Source: an uncultured Desulfospira sp. (GTDB taxonomy: Bacteria > Desulfobacterota > Desulfobacteria > Desulfobacterales > Desulfobacteraceae). From it: DNA of 64,000 nucleotides. Location: positions 576,001-640,000 of the forward strand of contig OY760175.1 in NCBI GenBank assembly GCA_963663165.1. Direction: 5' to 3'. This document shows positions 26,975-38,507 of the stretch, one piece after another. Position 1 is the first letter of the stretch. Each line of letters opens with the position of its first letter. The notes under the pieces are model-generated. The model ran no database searches. It saw nothing but the letters and a program-made list of their open reading frames with translations, and was not told where the DNA came from. The translations under genes were made by a program, and so were the position numbers.

Positions 26975-27943
26975 ATGCTGTTTTTAAATAAAGAACATAT
27001 TCGAAATACAGATCAGGGAACCATTCAGAACGCAGTAAGACAGGCCTACAACCTTGTCCTGGATGACGCATTTAACATGCCGGACAGGATGCACGTGGCG
27101 GACAGGGACAACATGCTGCTGTTAATGCCCTGTTTTTCTGAAAAATATATGGCCACCAAGCTGGTATCCGTGTTCCCGGACGCGGGAAAATTCAATCAGC
27201 CGGCGGTGAACGGGACCCTGTCCCTTTGTGATAACCAGAGCGGGGCGCCCCTGGCATTTATGAATGGTGCGGCATTAACCGCCGAAAGAACCGGGGCGGT
27301 CGGCGGCCTGGCCGTTGATCTGCTGGCCCCGGAATCGGTGGAAAAAGCCGGGATTTTCGGTGCCGGTGTCCAGGGGTTCAGTCAGGTTCGGTATCTGCTT
27401 TATAACCGGCAGGTAAAGCAGCTCTGGATTTATGACATGTATCCAAAGTCTTCTGAAAAAATGGCCCAGGCCCTGGGAAAGGCCTATCCGGAATTGGAAC
27501 TTCATATTGCCGCAGATCCCCTGGATCTGGTGAAAGAATCTGAAGTGATCATTGCCGCCACCACCACCAAAACCCCCTTGTTTACCCTGCCAGATGACCG
27601 GGTTTCAGACCATATCAAGTCCAAGACCTTTATTTCCATCGGGTCTTTCAGACCGGATATGAAAGAATTTCCCGACCAGGTAATTGAAACGGCAGATGAG
27701 GTTTACGTGGATACCCCCTTTGCCGCAAAGGAGTCCGGTGACATTGAAGGACCCCTGTCCCGGAATATTATTAAAAAAGAAAAAATACAGCCCTTTGCCC
27801 CTCTGGTAAGAACACCTGTAGACAAGAATGGTCAAACCCGGTTTTTTAAATCCGTGGGCATGGCGTTATTTGATCTCACGGTTGCCGCTGCCGTTTATGA
27901 GCAGGCCTTGAAATTGGGATTCGGCATACCATTGGAGTTGTAG
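26975..27943 (+). CDS. Ornithine cyclodeaminase/mu-crystallin family protein
   Basis: LLMP, KLVSVFP, LTAERTGA, GIFGAGVQG, FKSVGMALFD. Confidence 0.9.
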   Translation: MLFLNKEHIRNTDQGTIQNAVRQAYNLVLDDAFNMPDRMHVADRDNMLLLMPCFSEKYMATKLVSVFPDAGKFNQPAVNGTLSLCDNQSGAPLAFMNGAALTAERTGAVGGLAVDLLAPESVEKAGIFGAGVQGFSQVRYLLYNRQVKQLWIYDMYPKSSEKMAQALGKAYPELELHIAADPLDLVKESEVIIAATTTKTPLFTLPDDRVSDHIKSKTFISIGSFRPDMKEFPDQVIETADEVYVDTPFAAKESGDIEGPLSRNIIKKEKIQPFAPLVRTPVDKNGQTRFFKSVGMALFDLTVAAAVYEQALKLGFGIPLEL

Positions 27944-27988
27944 GTACTAAATTAGAAAATGAGGATTAAAGGATTGCTTTAGAAGAAG

Positions 27989-28063
27989 TGGAGCGGGAAA
28001 CGGGATTTGAACCCGCGACTTCGACCTTGGCAAGGTCGCACTCTACCACTGAGTTATTCCCGC
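27989..28063 (-). tRNA. tRNA-Gly (GCC)
   Basis: Reverse complement GCGGGAATAACTCAGTGGTAGAGTGCGACCTTGCCAAGGTCGAAGTCGCGGGTTCAAATCCCGTTTCCCGCTCCA folds to a cloverleaf with encoded CCA. Confidence 0.97.
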
Positions 28064-28271
28064 TCAGCCAAAAAGCAGACCCTTTCTACTGTATAATGCT
28101 GGCTTTGTCAAGGGCTTTTGGTTGGCAATTTAAACCCCATGCTGCCGTACCATAAGTTTGAGGAGAGTGGAAATTTTTTAATGTATAAAATGGGGACTTG
28201 GGAGATAATACTTAATTCACACTTTCGGGGCATTGATTATTTTACATGGGTTTAACAGCTAAGGAGACAGG

Positions 28272-29267
28272 ATGGAAAATGTTCTCGTGACCGGGGGCGG
28301 CGGCTTCCTTGGAAAGGCCATTGTCAAGAGACTGATGGAAAAAAAGCTGAATGTCAGTTCATTTTCCAGAAAAGCCTATGCCGGCCTTGATGAGATGGGG
28401 GTCAGGCAGATCAAGGGGGATCTGGGTGATATTGAGTCTGTTACCCGTGCGGTCAGGGGAATGGACACGGTCTTTCATGTGGCGGCCAAACCCGGGATCT
28501 GGGGAAAATATAAGGATTTTTACCATACCAACGTCACCGGCACACGGAACATTCTTTCGGCCTGCCGCCATAACCAGGTGGCCGGCCTGATTTATACCAG
28601 CTCTCCAAGTGTGGTCTTTGATGAATCTGAAATGGAAAATCAGGATGAATCCGCTCCGTATCCGTCCCGTTACCTGGCCCCTTACCCTGAGACCAAGGCC
28701 ATGGCTGAAAAGCAGGTTATAAAGGCTGCTGAACAAGGGCTTCCCTGCATTATTCTTCGCCCCCACCTGATCTGGGGCCCTGAAGACAACCACCTGGTGC
28801 CCGGCATTATCGGCCGGGCCAGCCGGCTTAAAAAAATCGGCAGGACCGACGACCTGGTGGACACCATATATGTGGACAATGCCGCCCATGCCCATATTCT
28901 GGCGGCCATTGCCCTTGAAAAAAATCCCGGGCTTTCCGGGAATGTTTATTTTATCAGCCAGGATGAACCGGTTTCCAAATGGGCCATGGCCGATGCGTTC
29001 CTTGAAGCGGCCGGGCTTCCTCCTGTAAAGGGACATATTTCAGCCCAGACCGCTTATGCGGCCGGTTGTTTGTTTGAATTTGCCTATAAGCTGCTGGGGA
29101 TTAAAAGAGACCCGCCCCTGACACGGTTTGCGGCAAGAGAGCTTGCCACATCCCACTGGTTTAACATATCAAGGGCCAAAAAAGATTTGGGATATGTACC
29201 TGAGGTTTCCATCAAGGAAGGGCTTGAACGGCTCAAAGAATGGATGAAAGAGCCGGATATCTCATAA
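28272..29267 (+). CDS. NAD-dependent epimerase/3-beta-HSD family protein (OleD-like)
   Basis: VLVTGGGGFLG, FHVAAKPGIWG, YTSSPSVVF, YPETK, LRPHLIWGP. Confidence 0.85.
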   Translation: MENVLVTGGGGFLGKAIVKRLMEKKLNVSSFSRKAYAGLDEMGVRQIKGDLGDIESVTRAVRGMDTVFHVAAKPGIWGKYKDFYHTNVTGTRNILSACRHNQVAGLIYTSSPSVVFDESEMENQDESAPYPSRYLAPYPETKAMAEKQVIKAAEQGLPCIILRPHLIWGPEDNHLVPGIIGRASRLKKIGRTDDLVDTIYVDNAAHAHILAAIALEKNPGLSGNVYFISQDEPVSKWAMADAFLEAAGLPPVKGHISAQTAYAAGCLFEFAYKLLGIKRDPPLTRFAARELATSHWFNISRAKKDLGYVPEVSIKEGLERLKEWMKEPDIS

Positions 29268-29303
29268 TCATAGATGGTTGGGACACCAGGTCTCCGGAGC
29301 TTG

Positions 29304-30170
29304 TCAGGCTTCGGTGGTGATGATAAAGAAATCCTTGATTTCCTTTTCTTTTCGTTTGAGCTGGTCCAGATTCATTTTGAGTACCGCGTCGGCAAGCCCG
29401 ATTTTCTGGGCCGCATTCTTAACCGTGACCGGGATCGGATTGCCGCTGTGGCCAATGCCGGCTTTCTGGGTCAGGTAGTCGGCTAAATTCAGAATCATGG
29501 CCTGGTGCCGGTAGGCGGTGGGGCAGGACTCTGGACTGTGGTGGAAGCGGCATGGAATCATGATGGACTCAGGAAACTGCCACCGTTTCATGAGCAGGGA
29601 CAGCAACGCCGCATGATCGATTTCAAATATGGTATTTTCCGTCTGATACAGGGTTTTTTTGGTCTCAATGGCCGCATGCCTGACTTTTATGTAGTCTTCC
29701 TTGAATTTAAAGGACAAAATGACCTTGCCCATATCATGGAGAAGGGCCGGGATAAAAATTTTACCGGCAATTCCCGGGTTGGACCGCATGGCCAGGGATT
29801 TGGACATGGTGGCCACGCCAATGCTGTGAATCCAGAGGGCCTTCATATCAAGTCCCATCCCGGATTTATCCGTAAACGAAGACAATATGCCGATACTCAG
29901 TGCAATCCCGATGACCTCATCAAATCCAATGGCGGAAATGGACCGTTTAAGGGTTTCCACCTTGGTTTTCTGGGCATAATATCCCGAATTGGCCAGTTTG
30001 ATTAATTTGGCGGAAATGTCCGGGTCTTTGGCAATAATGTCTGCAAGGGCGTCTGTGGTGGTTTTTTCCTTGGAAGCGGCACTGAGAATTTCTTTGATAA
30101 CACCGGACAGGGAGGGGAGGCGACTGTCCCGTTTGGTGACCATTGCAAGAATGTCTTGTTTGATTCCCAT
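29304..30170 (-). CDS. HDOD domain protein
   Basis: LPSL, DPDISAKLIKLANSGYY, LWIHS, ALLHDMGK, RFHH.P. Confidence 0.9.
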   Translation of the reverse strand: MGIKQDILAMVTKRDSRLPSLSGVIKEILSAASKEKTTTDALADIIAKDPDISAKLIKLANSGYYAQKTKVETLKRSISAIGFDEVIGIALSIGILSSFTDKSGMGLDMKALWIHSIGVATMSKSLAMRSNPGIAGKIFIPALLHDMGKVILSFKFKEDYIKVRHAAIETKKTLYQTENTIFEIDHAALLSLLMKRWQFPESIMIPCRFHHSPESCPTAYRHQAMILNLADYLTQKAGIGHSGNPIPVTVKNAAQKIGLADAVLKMNLDQLKRKEKEIKDFFIITTEA

Positions 30171-30187
30171 TGGCGAACCTGTCCGGA

Positions 30188-30583
30188 TTAATGAAATTTT
30201 GTGATGTTAATGCTGCCCTGGGCCCTCATGTCATCAAATTTTTTTCTTAAAAACCGTTTGAACCGGTTCCGGGTCACGGGCCAGAGCAGCATCAGACCGA
30301 AACAATCGGTGATCAGCCCCGGTGTGATCAGCACCAGGCCGGCAATAAAAATAATCAGCGCATCAATGAGCTCTTCGGCGGGCATGATATTATTCTGAAG
30401 GTTCATTCTGACCTTCATCATGGTGTTCATGCCCTCCATACGGGCAAGCCATGCGCCGATAAACCCGGTTAAAATAACCAGAAGTATGGTATTCACCCCG
30501 CCGATCACCGTGCCGACTTTAATTAACAGGTATAGTTCAATGACAGGAATAAGTGTAAAACAAAGAAACAGACGAAACAACAT
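30188..30583 (-). CDS. fxsA: FxsA family protein
   Basis: P.IELYLLI.VG...G...T.LLV, LITPGLITD.FG. Confidence 0.9.
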   Translation of the reverse strand: MLFRLFLCFTLIPVIELYLLIKVGTVIGGVNTILLVILTGFIGAWLARMEGMNTMMKVRMNLQNNIMPAEELIDALIIFIAGLVLITPGLITDCFGLMLLWPVTRNRFKRFLRKKFDDMRAQGSINITKFH

Positions 30584-30594
30584 GATTTTTCCTT

Positions 30595-31329
30595 TTAAAG
30601 GTTCAGTGCAACCGTATCCTGATCTGGTAATAGGGCTGACAGGATATGGTTGGGGTTCCAGACATCGGTCAATACTTCAGTCTGTATGGCTTCACTAAGC
30701 AAGTTGAGAAAAGAGTGGCGGGAAATTTCCACAGCCCCCATATTGATCAGATGACTGGAGCTGACCTGGCAGTCAATGAAGGAGAATCGGTGGCACCGCA
30801 AATGGTTGGCCAGGGCAACCAGGGCAACTTTTGAGGCATCATTTTCCAGGCTGAACATGGACTCCCCGAAAAATGAATGGCCCAGGCACACCCCGTAAAG
30901 ACCGCCCACCAACCGGTCTTCATGCCAGGCTTCAACCGAATGGGCAATGCCCATTTCATGAAGCCGGATATAGGCATCGATCATTTCAGAAACCAGCCAT
31001 GTGCCCTCGTTGGGTTTTCCCCGGGGCCGTGAGCAGGAGGCGATGACCGATTCAAATGCATTGTCGATGGTGATGGTAAAAAAATTTTTCCGGATCTTTT
31101 TTTTCAGGCTTCTGGATACCTTTATCTGCTTGGGAAACAGGATGAGCCGGGGGTCCGGGGACCACCAGAGAATAGGTTCGGTTTCCGAATACCAGGGGAA
31201 AATACCCTTCTGGTAGGCCAGGATCAACCGGTCAGGACTTAAATCTCCACCGATGCACAGCAGTCCGTCGGCCCGGGCGAGCCAGGCCGGCGGAAACTCA
31301 AGATGTTCTGAAAGTCTGAAGATCGGCAT
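30595..31329 (-). CDS. aat: Leucyl/phenylalanyl-tRNA--protein transferase
   Basis: GLLCIGGDL, AYQKGIFPW, WWSPDPR, AHSVEAW, FFGESMFS. Confidence 0.95.
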   Translation of the reverse strand: MPIFRLSEHLEFPPAWLARADGLLCIGGDLSPDRLILAYQKGIFPWYSETEPILWWSPDPRLILFPKQIKVSRSLKKKIRKNFFTITIDNAFESVIASCSRPRGKPNEGTWLVSEMIDAYIRLHEMGIAHSVEAWHEDRLVGGLYGVCLGHSFFGESMFSLENDASKVALVALANHLRCHRFSFIDCQVSSSHLINMGAVEISRHSFLNLLSEAIQTEVLTDVWNPNHILSALLPDQDTVALNL

Positions 31330-33588
31330 TTACGCCTTGACGCTATAAGTTAGTTCACCATTTTTAAGGCTGATGGAAAGCTTTCCGCCGTTTTCAAGTT
31401 TTCCGAAAAGGATTTCATCGGTGATTTTATCCTTGATTTCGGTCTGGATAAACCGGGCTAAGGGGCGTGCCCCGAATTTGGGATCATACCCCTTTTTGGC
31501 CATAAATGACCGGGCTTTGGCCGAATAGCTCAAAGAGACGTTCTGGGCTTTGAGCAGGATTTTCAGCTCTTTCATATTTTTATCCACGATCATTTCCATG
31601 ACCTGTTCGGATAAATGATTGAACTGGACAATGCCGTCGAGCCGGTTTCTAAATTCCGGGCTGAAGGTCCGCTCAACGGCCTTGCGTCCTTTGCCGCCGG
31701 TTTCCTGAACCGTTGCCCCGAAGCCGATACTGTTGGCGTTCATCTCCCTTGCCCCGGCATTGGAGGTCATGATGATGACCACATTCCTGAAATCAGCTGA
31801 TTTTCCGTTGTTGTCGGTGAGGGTGGCATAGTCCATGACCTGCAAAAGGATATTATAAAGGTCCATGTGGGCCTTTTCAATTTCATCCAGAAGAAGAACG
31901 GCATGGGGGTGTTTTCGGATACTGTCCGTGAGGATGCCGCCCTGGTCAAAACCGACATATCCGGGAGGCGCTCCGATGAGCCTTGAAACCGCATGCTTTT
32001 CCATGTATTCGCTCATGTCAAACCGCAAGAACTGAATCCCTAAGGCAGCGGACAGCTGTTTGGCCACTTCGGTTTTGCCCACCCCGGTCGGTCCGGTAAA
32101 CAAAAAGGAGCCAATGGGGCGATCCGGTGCGGCAAGGCCGGCCCGGGACCGTTTAATGGCCGTTGACAATGTGGTGATGGCATCATCCTGGCCGAAAATA
32201 ACATTGGAAAGCTTATCGGGCAGGGACTCGAGATTGGCCCGGTCTGTGGAGGTCACGCTGCTCACCGGCACCTTGGCAATTTTGGCAACGATATGCTCGA
32301 TATCCCTGGGATTGACGTTTTTGCGGGTCCCCCCGCCTTTAAGCCGCAGGTAGGCACCGGTTTCATCAATGACATCAATGGCCTTGTCCGGCAGGAACCG
32401 GTCATTGATATATTTATCTGAAAGGTAGGCTGCCGCCTCAATGGTCTGATCAGAATATTTGAGCCCGTGGTGTTCTTCATAGTACGGGCGCAGCCCTTTG
32501 AGAATGAGCGCGGTTTCTTCCACGCTGGGTTCGGATACCTCTATTTTCTCAAACCGCCGGGAAAAGGCCCGGTCTTTTTCAAAATGGTTTTTATATTCTT
32601 CATAGGTGGTGGTCCCGATGCATTTTATGTCCCCGGAGGACAGGGCAGGCTTTAAGATATTGGATGCATCCATGGACCCGGAAGTGGTGGCCCCGGCCCC
32701 GACAACCGTGTGAATTTCATCAATGACCAGCAAGGCATTCTCTTTTTGCTCCAGGGCCGTAATGACATCTTTAAGGCGCTGTTCAAAGTCGCCCCGGTAC
32801 TTGGTGCCGGCAAGCAAGGCCCCCATATCAAGAGAGAAAAGCTCACAGTCAGCCAAAAGGTCCGGGACCACATGATCGTTTATTTTAAGGGCCAGTCCTT
32901 CGGCAATGGCGGTTTTGCCGACCCCGGGGTCCCCGACCAGGATGGGGTTGTTTTTTCTTCTCCGGCAAAGGACCTGCATCATCCGGTCGGTTTCGTTGGC
33001 CCGGCCGATCAGGGGATCAATTCTTTTGTTATTGGCCTTTTCAAGCAGGTCGGTGGTATACAGTTCAAGGGGATCTTTTTTCTTTTGCCGCCGGGCTTTC
33101 CGGTCATCCATCTTAAAGGGTTTTTGTGCCGGATCAGGTTCAAAAACCGCTTTTTTTTCAACCGGTTCCGTATGGGAAATCTGCCGTAACACATCCAAAC
33201 GGGTAATGCCTTCGGATTCAAGATAAAAGGCCGCATGGGAATCTTTTTCCTGGAAGATGGACGCCAGGATATCCCCTAAGTTGACTTCGTTTTTTTCGGC
33301 GGACCGGGCATGGTTAATGGCCCGTTGAATCATTCGCTGAAATCCGATGGTCTGCTGAAGCACATACTCTTCTTTAGAGTCGATTCGAGTCAGTTTTTCG
33401 TCAAAGAATTTTTCTAATTCTTCTTTTATCTGTTCAGGACTTCCCCCGCATCTTTCAATGGTTTGAGAACCTGATTCATGGTTAAGGATCGCATAAAGAA
33501 CATGCTCCACGCAAACGTATTCATGTCTTCTTTTTTTTGCCTCCCGAACGGCAAAGCCTAAAGCAGTGCTGAGTTCTTTGCTAATCAT
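31330..33588 (-). CDS. clpA: ATP-dependent Clp protease ATP-binding subunit ClpA
   Basis: Two AAA modules ([16 protein letters not shown]), 752 aa with no ClpB middle domain, adjacent to clpS. Confidence 0.95.
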   Translation of the reverse strand: MISKELSTALGFAVREAKKRRHEYVCVEHVLYAILNHESGSQTIERCGGSPEQIKEELEKFFDEKLTRIDSKEEYVLQQTIGFQRMIQRAINHARSAEKNEVNLGDILASIFQEKDSHAAFYLESEGITRLDVLRQISHTEPVEKKAVFEPDPAQKPFKMDDRKARRQKKKDPLELYTTDLLEKANNKRIDPLIGRANETDRMMQVLCRRRKNNPILVGDPGVGKTAIAEGLALKINDHVVPDLLADCELFSLDMGALLAGTKYRGDFEQRLKDVITALEQKENALLVIDEIHTVVGAGATTSGSMDASNILKPALSSGDIKCIGTTTYEEYKNHFEKDRAFSRRFEKIEVSEPSVEETALILKGLRPYYEEHHGLKYSDQTIEAAAYLSDKYINDRFLPDKAIDVIDETGAYLRLKGGGTRKNVNPRDIEHIVAKIAKVPVSSVTSTDRANLESLPDKLSNVIFGQDDAITTLSTAIKRSRAGLAAPDRPIGSFLFTGPTGVGKTEVAKQLSAALGIQFLRFDMSEYMEKHAVSRLIGAPPGYVGFDQGGILTDSIRKHPHAVLLLDEIEKAHMDLYNILLQVMDYATLTDNNGKSADFRNVVIIMTSNAGAREMNANSIGFGATVQETGGKGRKAVERTFSPEFRNRLDGIVQFNHLSEQVMEMIVDKNMKELKILLKAQNVSLSYSAKARSFMAKKGYDPKFGARPLARFIQTEIKDKITDEILFGKLENGGKLSISLKNGELTYSVKA

Positions 33589-33590
33589 AC

Positions 33591-33899
33591 CTACTCCTTT
33601 TCCATGGTGCTTTTTAAAGGGAACCCTCTGCCTGCGGCCAGTTGGTGGACGGTTTCAACTTTAGTTTCCGCTATTTGTCTTGGATAGATGCCGCAAACGT
33701 CTTTTCCCTTATTATGTACATTAAGCATGATTTGTGTGGCTTTTTCAAGAGATTTTCCAAAAACGCCGGTAAGAATCTCCACCACAAATTCCATGGTTGT
33801 ATAATCGTCATTATGAAGAATAACCTTATACATGGGAGGGGTTTTATCTCTTGTTCTTGGAGAGACAATGGTCCCGGTTCTTGAATCCGGTAATGCCAT
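33591..33899 (-). CDS. clpS: Clp protease adaptor ClpS
   Basis: PPMYKVILHNDDYTTMEFVV...MLNVH..G...GIY....AETK; start reassigned to MALPDS just after the secA stop. Confidence 0.95.
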   Translation of the reverse strand: MALPDSRTGTIVSPRTRDKTPPMYKVILHNDDYTTMEFVVEILTGVFGKSLEKATQIMLNVHNKGKDVCGIYPRQIAETKVETVHQLAAGRGFPLKSTMEKE

Positions 33900-33900
33900 A

Positions 33901-36438
33901 TTATGCTCCGCTGGTTTTGGCCATACAGCATTTTTTGTATTTTTTGCCGCTGCCGCAGGGGCAGGGATCATTTCTGCCGATCTTTCTGGCCGCATTTTTA
34001 ACCGGCTGCTTAACCGTGCTGCCATCAGAGTGGGAGAATTTAAGGTCCTGCTGTTCTTGTTTTTCCATTTCCCCTACCTGGGCCGGGGTGGTGATCTGGA
34101 TTTTAAATAAAATATCCACCACCTCTTCTTTGATCCGTTCCATGAGATCCTGGAACATATCAAACCCTTCTTTTTTATAAATGCGAAGGGGGTCCTGCTG
34201 GGCGTACCCCCGCAGCCCGATGCCTTCTTTTAAGTGATCCATGGACAGCAGGTGTTCTTTCCACCGGGTATCCACGGTCTGAAGAAGGACAAACCGCTCA
34301 AGCCGTCGGGTTTCTTCCGGTCCGATAAGGGCCATTTTCCGGTTGTACTCTGATTTTGCCCGTTCAAATATGGCTTCAGACAACTGGTCGACAGAGGGAT
34401 TTTCCTGAATAATGGTTTCAATATCCGGTGCAAAACCGAACAGCTTGGATACAGCCTCTTTAAACCCGTCCAGGTTCCATTCTTTAACCGGTGTTTTTTC
34501 CGGGGCAAATTCATCCACTAAACCATAAACCTTGTCTTCCATCATTTCCAGCACCACGGAATGAAGGTCTTGTTCTTCCAGGGCTTTTCTTCGCTGCCGG
34601 TAAATGACCTCCCGCTGCTGGTTCATGACATCATCGTACTCAAGCAAATGCTTTCTGATCTCAAAGTTATGGCCTTCCACCTTGGACTGGGCATTTTCAA
34701 TGGCCCTTGAAATTAAGGGATGCTCAATATGCTCGCCCTGTTCAATGCCGAGTTTGTCCATGACCTTATGGATCCGGTCTCCCCCGAAAATCCGTAACAA
34801 GTCGTCTTCCAGGGACAGGTAGAACCGGGATGAACCGGGATCGCCCTGACGGCCGGACCGGCCCCGCAGCTGGTTGTCGATCCGACGGGATTCATGGCGG
34901 GAGGTGCCCAGGATATGGAGCCCGCCAAGTTCCTTTACCCCTTCACCAAGCTTGATATCGGTGCCCCGGCCGGCCATGTTGGTTGAAATGGTGACCGCAC
35001 CTTTCTGGCCGGCATTGGCCACAATCTCGGCCTCTGCCTTGTGGTGCTTGGCATTGAGGACATTATGGGGAATCCCTCTTTTTTTGAGTTTTTTGCTCAG
35101 GTCTTCGGATACATCAATGGAAATGGTACCCACCAGAACGGGCTGGCCTTTCCGGTGCAGCTGGATGATTTCCTTGATGGCGGCCTCATATTTCTCGGTC
35201 TGGGTTTTGTATATCATGTCGGCCATGTCTTTTCGGATCATGGGCCTGTGGGTAGGGATCACCAGGACATCAAGGTCATATATTTTTTTAAATTCAGGGG
35301 CTTCGGTTTCGGCCGTACCGGTCATGCCGGACAGCTTGTCATACATTCTAAAATAATTTTGAAAGGTGATGGAGGCAAGCGTCTGGTTTTCATTTTCAAT
35401 TTTGACATTTTCTTTGGCTTCCAGGGCCTGGTGAAGCCCTTCACTGTACCGGCGGCCGGTCATCAGCCGTCCGGTAAACTCATCAACAATCACCACCTGG
35501 TCATTTTTAACAATATAATCCGTATCCCGCTTAAACAGGGTGTGGGCTTTAAGGGCCTGGTTAAGGTGGTGAAGAATTTCAATATTGGACGGGTCGTAAA
35601 GATTGTCCACATTGAGCAGTTCTTCTCCTTTGGCAATCCCGTCTTCGGTTAAGGAGACGCTTTTGGCTTCCTCGTCTATGGTGTAGTCAATATCTTTTTT
35701 AAATCCGGGGATAATGGCATTGGTCAGGGTATACAGGTGGGTGGATTTTTCAGCCGGTCCCGAAATAATCAGCGGGGTTCTGGCCTCGTCAATGAGGATG
35801 GAGTCCACCTCATCCACAATGGCAAAGTTTAAATACCGCTGGGCCAGGTTTTCCCTTTGAAACTTCATGTTGTCCCGAAGATAGTCAAACCCGAATTCAT
35901 TGTTGGTTCCGTAGGTAATGTCGGACCCATAGGCAGTTTTACGCTCCTGGTCATCAAGGTCGTGAACAATCACCCCGGTACTCAGCCCGAGAAAGCTGTA
36001 AATCTGCGCCATCCAGTCGGCATCCCGTTTGGCCAGATAATCATTGACCGTTACAATATGGACCCCTTTGCCGGATAAGGCGTTCAAATAAGCGGGGAGG
36101 GTGGACATCAGGGTTTTTCCCTCACCGGTTTTCATTTCAGCGATGGTCCCGTTGTGAAGGGTGATGCCGCCGATGAGCTGGACATCAAAGTGGCGCATGC
36201 CAAGGGTGCGGACCGACGCCTCCCGTACCAGGGCAAAGGCTTCGGGCAACAGGTCATCAAGGGATTCGCCATTGGCGTGACGGGTTTTAAATTCAGTGGT
36301 TTTTTCTCTCATCTGATCATCGGACAAGGCCTGCATGTCCGGTTCTAAACTGTTTATCCGTTCAATGATGGGGGAAAAACTTTTGATGATCCTGTCATTG
36401 CTTGAACCAAATATTTTCGTAAAAAAATTAAGCAGCAT
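33901..36438 (-). CDS. secA: Preprotein translocase SecA
   Basis: [38 protein letters not shown]-terminal [18 protein letters not shown]. Confidence 0.98.
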   Translation of the reverse strand: MLLNFFTKIFGSSNDRIIKSFSPIIERINSLEPDMQALSDDQMREKTTEFKTRHANGESLDDLLPEAFALVREASVRTLGMRHFDVQLIGGITLHNGTIAEMKTGEGKTLMSTLPAYLNALSGKGVHIVTVNDYLAKRDADWMAQIYSFLGLSTGVIVHDLDDQERKTAYGSDITYGTNNEFGFDYLRDNMKFQRENLAQRYLNFAIVDEVDSILIDEARTPLIISGPAEKSTHLYTLTNAIIPGFKKDIDYTIDEEAKSVSLTEDGIAKGEELLNVDNLYDPSNIEILHHLNQALKAHTLFKRDTDYIVKNDQVVIVDEFTGRLMTGRRYSEGLHQALEAKENVKIENENQTLASITFQNYFRMYDKLSGMTGTAETEAPEFKKIYDLDVLVIPTHRPMIRKDMADMIYKTQTEKYEAAIKEIIQLHRKGQPVLVGTISIDVSEDLSKKLKKRGIPHNVLNAKHHKAEAEIVANAGQKGAVTISTNMAGRGTDIKLGEGVKELGGLHILGTSRHESRRIDNQLRGRSGRQGDPGSSRFYLSLEDDLLRIFGGDRIHKVMDKLGIEQGEHIEHPLISRAIENAQSKVEGHNFEIRKHLLEYDDVMNQQREVIYRQRRKALEEQDLHSVVLEMMEDKVYGLVDEFAPEKTPVKEWNLDGFKEAVSKLFGFAPDIETIIQENPSVDQLSEAIFERAKSEYNRKMALIGPEETRRLERFVLLQTVDTRWKEHLLSMDHLKEGIGLRGYAQQDPLRIYKKEGFDMFQDLMERIKEEVVDILFKIQITTPAQVGEMEKQEQQDLKFSHSDGSTVKQPVKNAARKIGRNDPCPCGSGKKYKKCCMAKTSGA

Positions 36439-36670
36439 AGATTATATTTACCTGACCTTTCTGTTTGTCACGGGGCGGTTTATTGTGATTTAGCGGTTTG
36501 AACCGGGTCGTTTTGATTTTTTCATGTTGAAAACTTATAAGCATTAATTTGAAAAATAAAAACAAAAAATTTTAAAATTAACCAAAACCAAGCTTTAAAA
36601 AGGGGGCTTGCCCTTATGTCGGCCGGCAAACGGGATACGGCCAAAACAACGGCAAAAAAAGGAAGGCGGT

Positions 36671-36740
36671 TTATATGAAAGTCTCACTATTTGTTGTGGG
36701 CGGTTCTTGGCTGGATAACCAGGGCGGCCCGTGGCCGTTA
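36671..36740 (-). repeat. Three-hairpin ~93-bp element, internally deleted copy
   Basis: Reverse complement TAACGGCCACGGGCCGCCCTGGTTATCCAGCCAAGAACCGCCCACAACAAAT-AGTGAGACTTTCATATAA; starts at the TAA stop of the M23 gene. Confidence 0.85.
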
Positions 36741-37664
36741 GTTCAGAATATATTTTAACGGGTTTAACGGAATACCATTGGAAACAACTTCATAGTGGAC
36801 ATGGGGTCCGGTGCTTTTACCGCTGTTTCCAAGAAGTGCAATCACGTCTCCGCGTTTAACCTTCTGGCCCTTGGTGACCAGAATTTTGCTTAAATGGCCG
36901 TATTTGGTTGCTTTGCCGTAGCCGTGGTCAATCACGACCAGGTTTCCGAAATGCATTTTCCGGGCCGCATAGGATACGGTGCCATTGGCCGTGGCAATTA
37001 CTTTTGTACCGATCTTATTGGCGATGTCAAGCCCTGAATGAAAGGTTTGTTTCCCGGTAAAAGGAGACGTGCGATACCCGAATTTTGAGGTGATACATCC
37101 TTTTACGGGCCAGATGGACGGGATGGAGGCCAGCATGTTTTTCTTTTGCTCCAGCTGTTCAATCAGGGCGTTAAAATCAGTTTTTTCTGATTTTACGAGA
37201 GCTTGGGTCTGGTTCACCTGGCTGTGCATTTCCCGTATCAAGCGGTTGTGTCTGGAATCCAGAGGAAGGTCCGGGTCCAGTTCGCTCATGGGAATGCCGC
37301 CAATACCAATAAACCCGCTTTGATCCCCGGTTTTTTTGATATCGGCAATGAGCCTTACCTTTTCACCGAGATCCGTAAGGGCAATGACATTATTTTTTAA
37401 TATTTCAAGGTCAGCGGCAAACTTCTGGATTTGTTTGCGCTGATCTTGGATCAATTGGCTCTTTTTTACCAGTTTGTCCCTAAGCCCGGCATTATCGTAA
37501 AAGGTATGTTTTAATTGAAAATAATCATAGGATATCCATGAAAAGCCACAGATACTGCATAAGAAAATAAGCCCCATAAACCATAGCAGAGACTTGGGAA
37601 GTAAGAATTCTCTGATATCGGAGTTGGGGCCGGTATGATACCATACTTTGATCTGTTTTTTCAT
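36738..37664 (-). CDS. M23 family metallopeptidase
   Basis: TM plus coiled coil, PSIWPV.G.ITS.FG.R, HSGLD, STGPHVHYEV. Confidence 0.92.
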   Translation of the reverse strand: MKKQIKVWYHTGPNSDIREFLLPKSLLWFMGLIFLCSICGFSWISYDYFQLKHTFYDNAGLRDKLVKKSQLIQDQRKQIQKFAADLEILKNNVIALTDLGEKVRLIADIKKTGDQSGFIGIGGIPMSELDPDLPLDSRHNRLIREMHSQVNQTQALVKSEKTDFNALIEQLEQKKNMLASIPSIWPVKGCITSKFGYRTSPFTGKQTFHSGLDIANKIGTKVIATANGTVSYAARKMHFGNLVVIDHGYGKATKYGHLSKILVTKGQKVKRGDVIALLGNSGKSTGPHVHYEVVSNGIPLNPLKYILN

Positions 37665-37699
37665 AGAGTCCCTCTTAATCAGGATATGGGTTATGTTCG

Positions 37700-38473
37700 T
37701 TAATGAAGAATCTGGCTCAAGAAGAGCCGGGTTCGTTCGTTTTTTTGATTATTAAAAAATTCTTCGGGTTCATTGGCTTCGATAATTTCACCGGAATCCA
37801 TGAACAGTACCCGGTGGGCAACGCTTTTTGCAAACCCCATTTCATGGGTGACCACCAGCATGGTCATTCCTTCCCGGGCCAGGCTGATCATGACCTCAAG
37901 CACCTCTTTGACCATTTCAGGGTCAAGGGCTGAGGTAGGCTCATCAAACAGCATGATATTGGGTTTCATGCAAAGGCTTCGGGCAATGGCCACCCGCTGC
38001 TGCTGTCCGCCGGACAACTGCCCGGGAAATTTTTGAGCCTGCTCGGCAATCTGGACTTTTTCAAGGTAGTACATGGCCGTTTCCTCGGCCTCTTTTTTGG
38101 GAACTTTTCGAACCCATATGGGCCCTAAGGTCAGGTTTTCCACAATGGTCAGGTGGGGAAACAGATTGAAATGCTGGAACACCATCCCCACTTCTGATCT
38201 GACCTTTTCAATGTTTTTCAGGTCTTTGGTCAGTTCAATGCCGTCTACGATGATTTTGCCTTTCTGGTGTTCTTCAAGCCGGTTGATGCAGCGGATAAGG
38301 GTGGACTTCCCGGACCCTGAGGGGCCGCAGACCACGATGCGCTCCCCTTTTTTGACCTCAAGGTTGATATTGTTAAGGACATGAAAGTCCCCGTACCACT
38401 TGTGCATTTCAATGATGGTGATAATGGTGTCCCGGCTGGACAAATCTGAATAGCTTAAATTTTCCTGGTTCAT
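37700..38473 (-). CDS. Amino-acid ABC transporter ATP-binding protein (AapP/BztD-like)
   Basis: [33 protein letters not shown]. Confidence 0.92.
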   Translation of the reverse strand: MNQENLSYSDLSSRDTIITIIEMHKWYGDFHVLNNINLEVKKGERIVVCGPSGSGKSTLIRCINRLEEHQKGKIIVDGIELTKDLKNIEKVRSEVGMVFQHFNLFPHLTIVENLTLGPIWVRKVPKKEAEETAMYYLEKVQIAEQAQKFPGQLSGGQQQRVAIARSLCMKPNIMLFDEPTSALDPEMVKEVLEVMISLAREGMTMLVVTHEMGFAKSVAHRVLFMDSGEIIEANEPEEFFNNQKNERTRLFLSQILH

Positions 38474-38507
38474 AAATGATCACATAAAATTTAAAATTTG
38501 GTTCATG

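Noticed and set aside
27989..28063. tRNA-Gly as an island attachment site
   Set aside because: No duplicated tRNA 3' end or integrase was seen, and the flanking genes look like core genes.
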